IMG/VR virus record: IMGVR_UViG_2576861683_000003
Span: 33,400 to 97,399 of that record
DNA: 64,000 nucleotides
Source of the DNA: a virus
Taxonomy: Duplodnaviria; Caudoviricetes
Strand: one strand, 5' to 3'
Within the stretch, counting starts at the first letter, position 1. Every line of letters starts with the position of its first letter. The notes beneath the pieces were generated by a model. The model was not told where the DNA came from. It was given only the letters and a program-made list of their open reading frames with translations, and did not search any database. Positions 60,560 to 64,000 of the stretch are shown piece after piece. Made by a program: the position numbers and the translations under genes.

Positions 60560-61033
60560 TCAATGGTGTGGAGAGGTAGGTAGATCACCAGCAATCCAAG
60601 AGATAAGTGATTCGAATTTGGATAATTCAGTGTCATCGTCTAAGTCTAATTGAATCGATGCTCTTTTGAATGCGGGGTTGCACAAGGCACCAAGAGTAGA
60701 AATATCACTTTGTAGAAGTTTAATTAGCTGTTTATCGATTTCTTCAGCATCTAATTTCTGACTTTCTATATTGTACTTTAAAGAAAGATATTTTTTAGCT
60801 CTTGAATTAGCTAAGTAAGACGTTTTACCAGGTTGGTAAATAAACTGAAAAGCAGATAAAGCGGCAACCAATAGACCAGCAGTGAATAAGTTGAAGCCAG
60901 ACGCCATAACAGAGCTACCAAGAACAATTAATGAAAATGAAATGAATTTATCAACTCTATCGGAAAAAACACTTTGCATTTCATTTAAATAGTAAGAATA
61001 CGTGATTGTGAAAAGAGGATCTTGGTGGCTCAT
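60560..61033 (-). CDS. SLATT-like 2TM membrane protein
   Basis: Helix, TM hairpin, then P...A...Y..L pattern; AAGG RBS. Confidence 0.55.
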   Translation of the reverse strand: MSHQDPLFTITYSYYLNEMQSVFSDRVDKFISFSLIVLGSSVMASGFNLFTAGLLVAALSAFQFIYQPGKTSYLANSRAKKYLSLKYNIESQKLDAEEIDKQLIKLLQSDISTLGALCNPAFKRASIQLDLDDDTELSKFESLISWIAGDLPTSPHH

Positions 61034-61045
61034 TTTAATACCTTA

Positions 61046-61159
61046 TTATCTTTGTGGTTTTGGTTGAGGTGCCGGTCTCCTAGGTACTTGACCATCAGGT
61101 GTTGGTTTTTCTGATGGTGCTGGTTTTCTAGGTAGCTGCCTTTCTTCGTAAGTCATCAT
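61046..61159 (-). CDS. 37-aa Pro/Arg/Lys-rich peptide
   Basis: MMTYEERQLPRKPAPSEKPTPDGQVPRRPAPQPKPQR; ends 12 bp before the 2TM gene; start uncertain. Confidence 0.55.
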   Translation of the reverse strand: MMTYEERQLPRKPAPSEKPTPDGQVPRRPAPQPKPQR

Positions 61160-61375
61160 TAACAGTTCTTCTGTTTTGTTGGGGTGTATTAATAATAACC
61201 AATTTCTGTCTGTTGGGGAATAGCAGAAACCACCACCGCCTGAGGTGGCAAAATAATCAGGCACAATATTTGAAGTGTGAATTCATTTTTATTTTTTATT
61301 AGCGACATCAGGGAAATTTAATCTCGATTAATTCGAGAGGAATTCTTATTACCTAAAAATTGTGTGGAGAGAATA

Positions 61376-61909
61376 ATGTCTTATATTGCAACAGCAACAA
61401 ATAAACATTTCTATTATCTCGATGTACGGATCGAAGATATAGATATTCAAGATATTGCCAATGGTCTTGCTAATGAATGTCGCTTTAATGGACAGATTGA
61501 TAATTTCTATTCTGTTGCTCAGCACTCGGTATATGCAAGTTATTTAGTTGCACCTGAATTTGCTTTAGAGGCCCTACTTCATGATGCCAGTGAAGCCTAT
61601 GTAAAAGATCTGCCATTACCGCTTAAAAAGCTATTGCCTGAATATAAATTAATTGAATTACGTGTAGAAAAGATAATCCGCAAAAAATTTGGGCTACCTG
61701 AATCTAAATCTGATGCGGTTCATTTTGCTGACTTAATGATGCTAGCCACAGAAAAGCGTGATTTAGAAATTGATACAGGTAGTAACTGGTTAATGCTTGA
61801 AGGTATTCCAGCAAGTGATTTTGTTGTTAACCCACTAACACCCCCACAAGCAAAAGCCTTATTCCTCCGCCGTTTTAATGAACTTTATAAGGGAACTGAA
61901 AATGGCTAA
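61376..61909 (+). CDS. HD-domain phosphohydrolase (YfdR/YfbR-like)
   Basis: [27 protein letters not shown]. Confidence 0.88.
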   Translation: MSYIATATNKHFYYLDVRIEDIDIQDIANGLANECRFNGQIDNFYSVAQHSVYASYLVAPEFALEALLHDASEAYVKDLPLPLKKLLPEYKLIELRVEKIIRKKFGLPESKSDAVHFADLMMLATEKRDLEIDTGSNWLMLEGIPASDFVVNPLTPPQAKALFLRRFNELYKGTENG

Positions 61910-62318
61910 CGGATCAGTAAACAAAGTAATTCTTATTGGCAATTTAGGGCGTGATCCTGAAATTCGTTATCTTCCCTCTGGTGGTGCTGTTGCTAATTTA
62001 GCTGTGGCCACATCAGAAAAATGGCGCGATAAACAAACGGGTGAAAATCGTGAAAAAACAGAATGGCATCGTGTCATTTTGTTTGGAAAGCTTGCAGATA
62101 TCGCCAGTGGCTATTTGTGTAAAGGCTCACAAGTTTATATCGAAGGTCAACTGCAAACACGGGAATGGGATGATAACGGTGTTAAGCGTTACACAACTGA
62201 AGTTGTTGTAAAGGTTGGTGGCTCGATGCAGATGCTAGGTGGTGCAATTAAATCGACAGCTTCACAGACAACACCACTATCACAACCACCCGTAGGTTTT
62301 GAAGATATTCCATTTTAA
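61902..62318 (+). CDS. ssb: Single-stranded DNA-binding protein
   Basis: [22 protein letters not shown]-terminal EDIPF. Confidence 0.95.
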   Translation: MANGSVNKVILIGNLGRDPEIRYLPSGGAVANLAVATSEKWRDKQTGENREKTEWHRVILFGKLADIASGYLCKGSQVYIEGQLQTREWDDNGVKRYTTEVVVKVGGSMQMLGGAIKSTASQTTPLSQPPVGFEDIPF

Positions 62319-62476
62319 GTAAAGTAAGTAAAAGCGATAACAAAGACAACGATGGTTACAATAAAAACTAGCGATATACCAACGACTAAATCAAGTAATG
62401 TGCTAGATATTTTTTCTATTTTATCTAGCTCAAAATCATCATTTAAATCTTTGTTTTCTTTTCCATTACCAAACAT
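62315..62476 (-). CDS. 53-aa C-terminally anchored membrane peptide (antisense moron)
   Basis: Hand translation [53 protein letters not shown]. Confidence 0.45.
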   Translation of the reverse strand: MFGNGKENKDLNDDFELDKIEKISSTLLDLVVGISLVFIVTIVVFVIAFTYFT

Positions 62477-62649
62477 ATATAAATTTCAATTAGAGTTAAA
62501 TTTACATTTTGTCTAAATATCTTAGTTAATCAAGCGAATTATTCACCTTAAATTAAATTATTAAGATATGTAAGCAACAAATAGCTACTAATTATTAGTA
62601 TTAACTAATATCTATTTAAACTGTGTACGGACAGTGTGGAGAGAAAAAT

Positions 62650-62892
62650 ATGCAAATGTTGACTTTAGAGGAGTGGGCACAAGAAAGATATAAAAGTCGC
62701 CCACCAAAGTTAGGAACGCTACAACGATATGCTCGTGGTGGCCTGTTCTACCCACCAGCAAGGAAAGAAGGTGGCATTTGGCGCGTGAGAGAAGATGCCG
62801 ACCTTGTCGGTAATTTGACATCACCGGTTATCAATAACAACGATAACCCTATTTTACAAAGGATCCTCAAAGATGGCTGCCAGACCTCGTAA
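62650..62892 (+). CDS. xis: Excisionase
   Basis: MQMLTLEEWA...PPARKEGGIWRVREDA; overlaps int. Confidence 0.9.
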   Translation: MQMLTLEEWAQERYKSRPPKLGTLQRYARGGLFYPPARKEGGIWRVREDADLVGNLTSPVINNNDNPILQRILKDGCQTS

Positions 62893-64000
62893 AAATAACG
62901 TCAATATCCCTAACCTTTATCCATTATTTAGTCGTAAAGCTAACAAGGTTTATTGGCGTTACCGCCATCCTGTAACAGGTAAATATCATGCCCTCGGTGA
63001 CAATGAAGCCGAGGCCAAAGCAATAGCCATTGAAGCTAATACAAGGTTAGCGGAACAACGTAGCCGACAAGTTATGGCTATTGGTGATCGGGTGGCAAAA
63101 ATAAAAGGTAAAGAAATTACGGTTAATACTTGGTTGGATAAATACTGGATTATTCAAGAAGAGCGTTTAAAAGAAGGTGATATAAAGCCGAATACTTATA
63201 AACAAAAAAGGAAGCCAGTAGATTTAATGAGGCAAGCCTTATCCATGAAACCATTACCCGCTGTTGATGCCAGAGATATTGCTGAAATTCTGGATGAATA
63301 TAAATCTAATGGCCAACACAGAATGGCACAAGTGATTCGCTCGGTTTTAATTGATGTATTTAAAGAAGCACAACATGCAGGTGAAGTTCCTCCTGGTTAC
63401 AACCCTGCCCTTGCCACTAAACAACCGAAACGAAAAGTAACTCGCCAACGCCTTAATTTTGATGAATGGAAAAAGATATTTGAGATTGCTGATAAACAAC
63501 ATCGTTATGTCGGGAACGCGATGTTGCTTGCACTTATTACGGGCCAACGATTAGGTGATATTTCCTCAATGAAGTTTAATGATATTTGGGATGACCATTT
63601 GCATATTACTCAAGAGAAAACGGGTACTAAATTAGCTATTCCATTATCACTACGTTCTGAACAATTAAATATGTCATTACGTGATGTTGTTGCCCGTTGC
63701 CGTGATCGCGTTATTAGCCCTTATCTTATTCATTACTTTCATACTACTTCACAATCTAAACGTGGTGATCAAGTTACTGCAAATACACTAACGACTAACT
63801 TTAAAAAGGCGAGAAATAAAACGGATATTGATTGGGGAGAAGGAACACCTGCAACATTTCACGAACAACGATCTTTATCTGAAAGATTATATAGAGCACA
63901 AGGTATAAACACTAAAGATTTACTCGGTCATAAGAACCAAATTCAAACAGATAAATACCATGATGATCGAGGAAAAGATTGGATAAAAATCGTGATTTAA
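62873..64000 (+). CDS. int: Tyrosine integrase, phage-21/lambda type
   Basis: MAARPRK, TGQRLGD, FHEQRSLSERLY, LLGH, KYHD; stop codon at window end. Confidence 0.95.
   Translation: MAARPRKNNVNIPNLYPLFSRKANKVYWRYRHPVTGKYHALGDNEAEAKAIAIEANTRLAEQRSRQVMAIGDRVAKIKGKEITVNTWLDKYWIIQEERLKEGDIKPNTYKQKRKPVDLMRQALSMKPLPAVDARDIAEILDEYKSNGQHRMAQVIRSVLIDVFKEAQHAGEVPPGYNPALATKQPKRKVTRQRLNFDEWKKIFEIADKQHRYVGNAMLLALITGQRLGDISSMKFNDIWDDHLHITQEKTGTKLAIPLSLRSEQLNMSLRDVVARCRDRVISPYLIHYFHTTSQSKRGDQVTANTLTTNFKKARNKTDIDWGEGTPATFHEQRSLSERLYRAQGINTKDLLGHKNQIQTDKYHDDRGKDWIKIVI

Larger units (their letters stand above)
21220..64000. mobile_element. Apparently intact temperate siphovirus prophage 2 (HK97-like head, lambda-like tail) in icd; far att just beyond window
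   Basis: Full tail-head-terminase-lysis-Q-replication-immunity-xis-int set, about 43 kb, starting at the icd junction. Confidence 0.92.

Noticed and set aside
2089-63547. Many short antisense or alternate-frame ORFs (e.g. 35037-35474, 48076-48612, 56874-57410, 20794-20991)
   Set aside because: Shadows of well-supported genes or att DNA with no motifs; only the Rz1 lipoproteins were kept

Overview
The window is almost all prophage DNA from a low-GC enterobacterium (Proteus/Morganellaceae-like; host identity is inference). Two related lambdoid prophages lie in tandem at the icd (isocitrate dehydrogenase) 3' end. A displaced 165-bp icd 3' copy at 21055-21219 marks their junction, and each carries a phage-21-type Xis/Int pair. 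LEFT element (<1-~21219): looks old and decaying. Its early region is reduced to int-xis-cI-rep-Q with no cro, cI lacks the usual Ala-Gly site, Q is frameshifted and no holin is present. It keeps lambda-type Nu1/gpA/portal/ClpP-capsid genes and much cargo: orphan Hcp + DUF4225-like pair, three HTH regulators, a small P-loop protein, a DUF6979-like protein and membrane/secreted proteins. RIGHT element (~21220->64000): looks like an intact ~43-kb cos-type siphovirus with an HK97-like head and lambda-like tail. It has several candidate lysogen defence/exclusion cassettes: a HipA-like kinase + DUF3037-like partner in the rexAB slot, an unknown protein + XRE-IrrE peptidase (RosmerTA-like) before the holin, a Pro-rich peptide + SLATT-like 2TM gene antisense in the PL operon, and a GIY-YIG-like and a 4TM gene near att. 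It also has yagU, a decayed tRNA-Pro(GGG) att fragment and an ~800-bp cluster of small ORF/RNA-like elements after the spanins. Family calls come from motif reading and recall; no database search was run.
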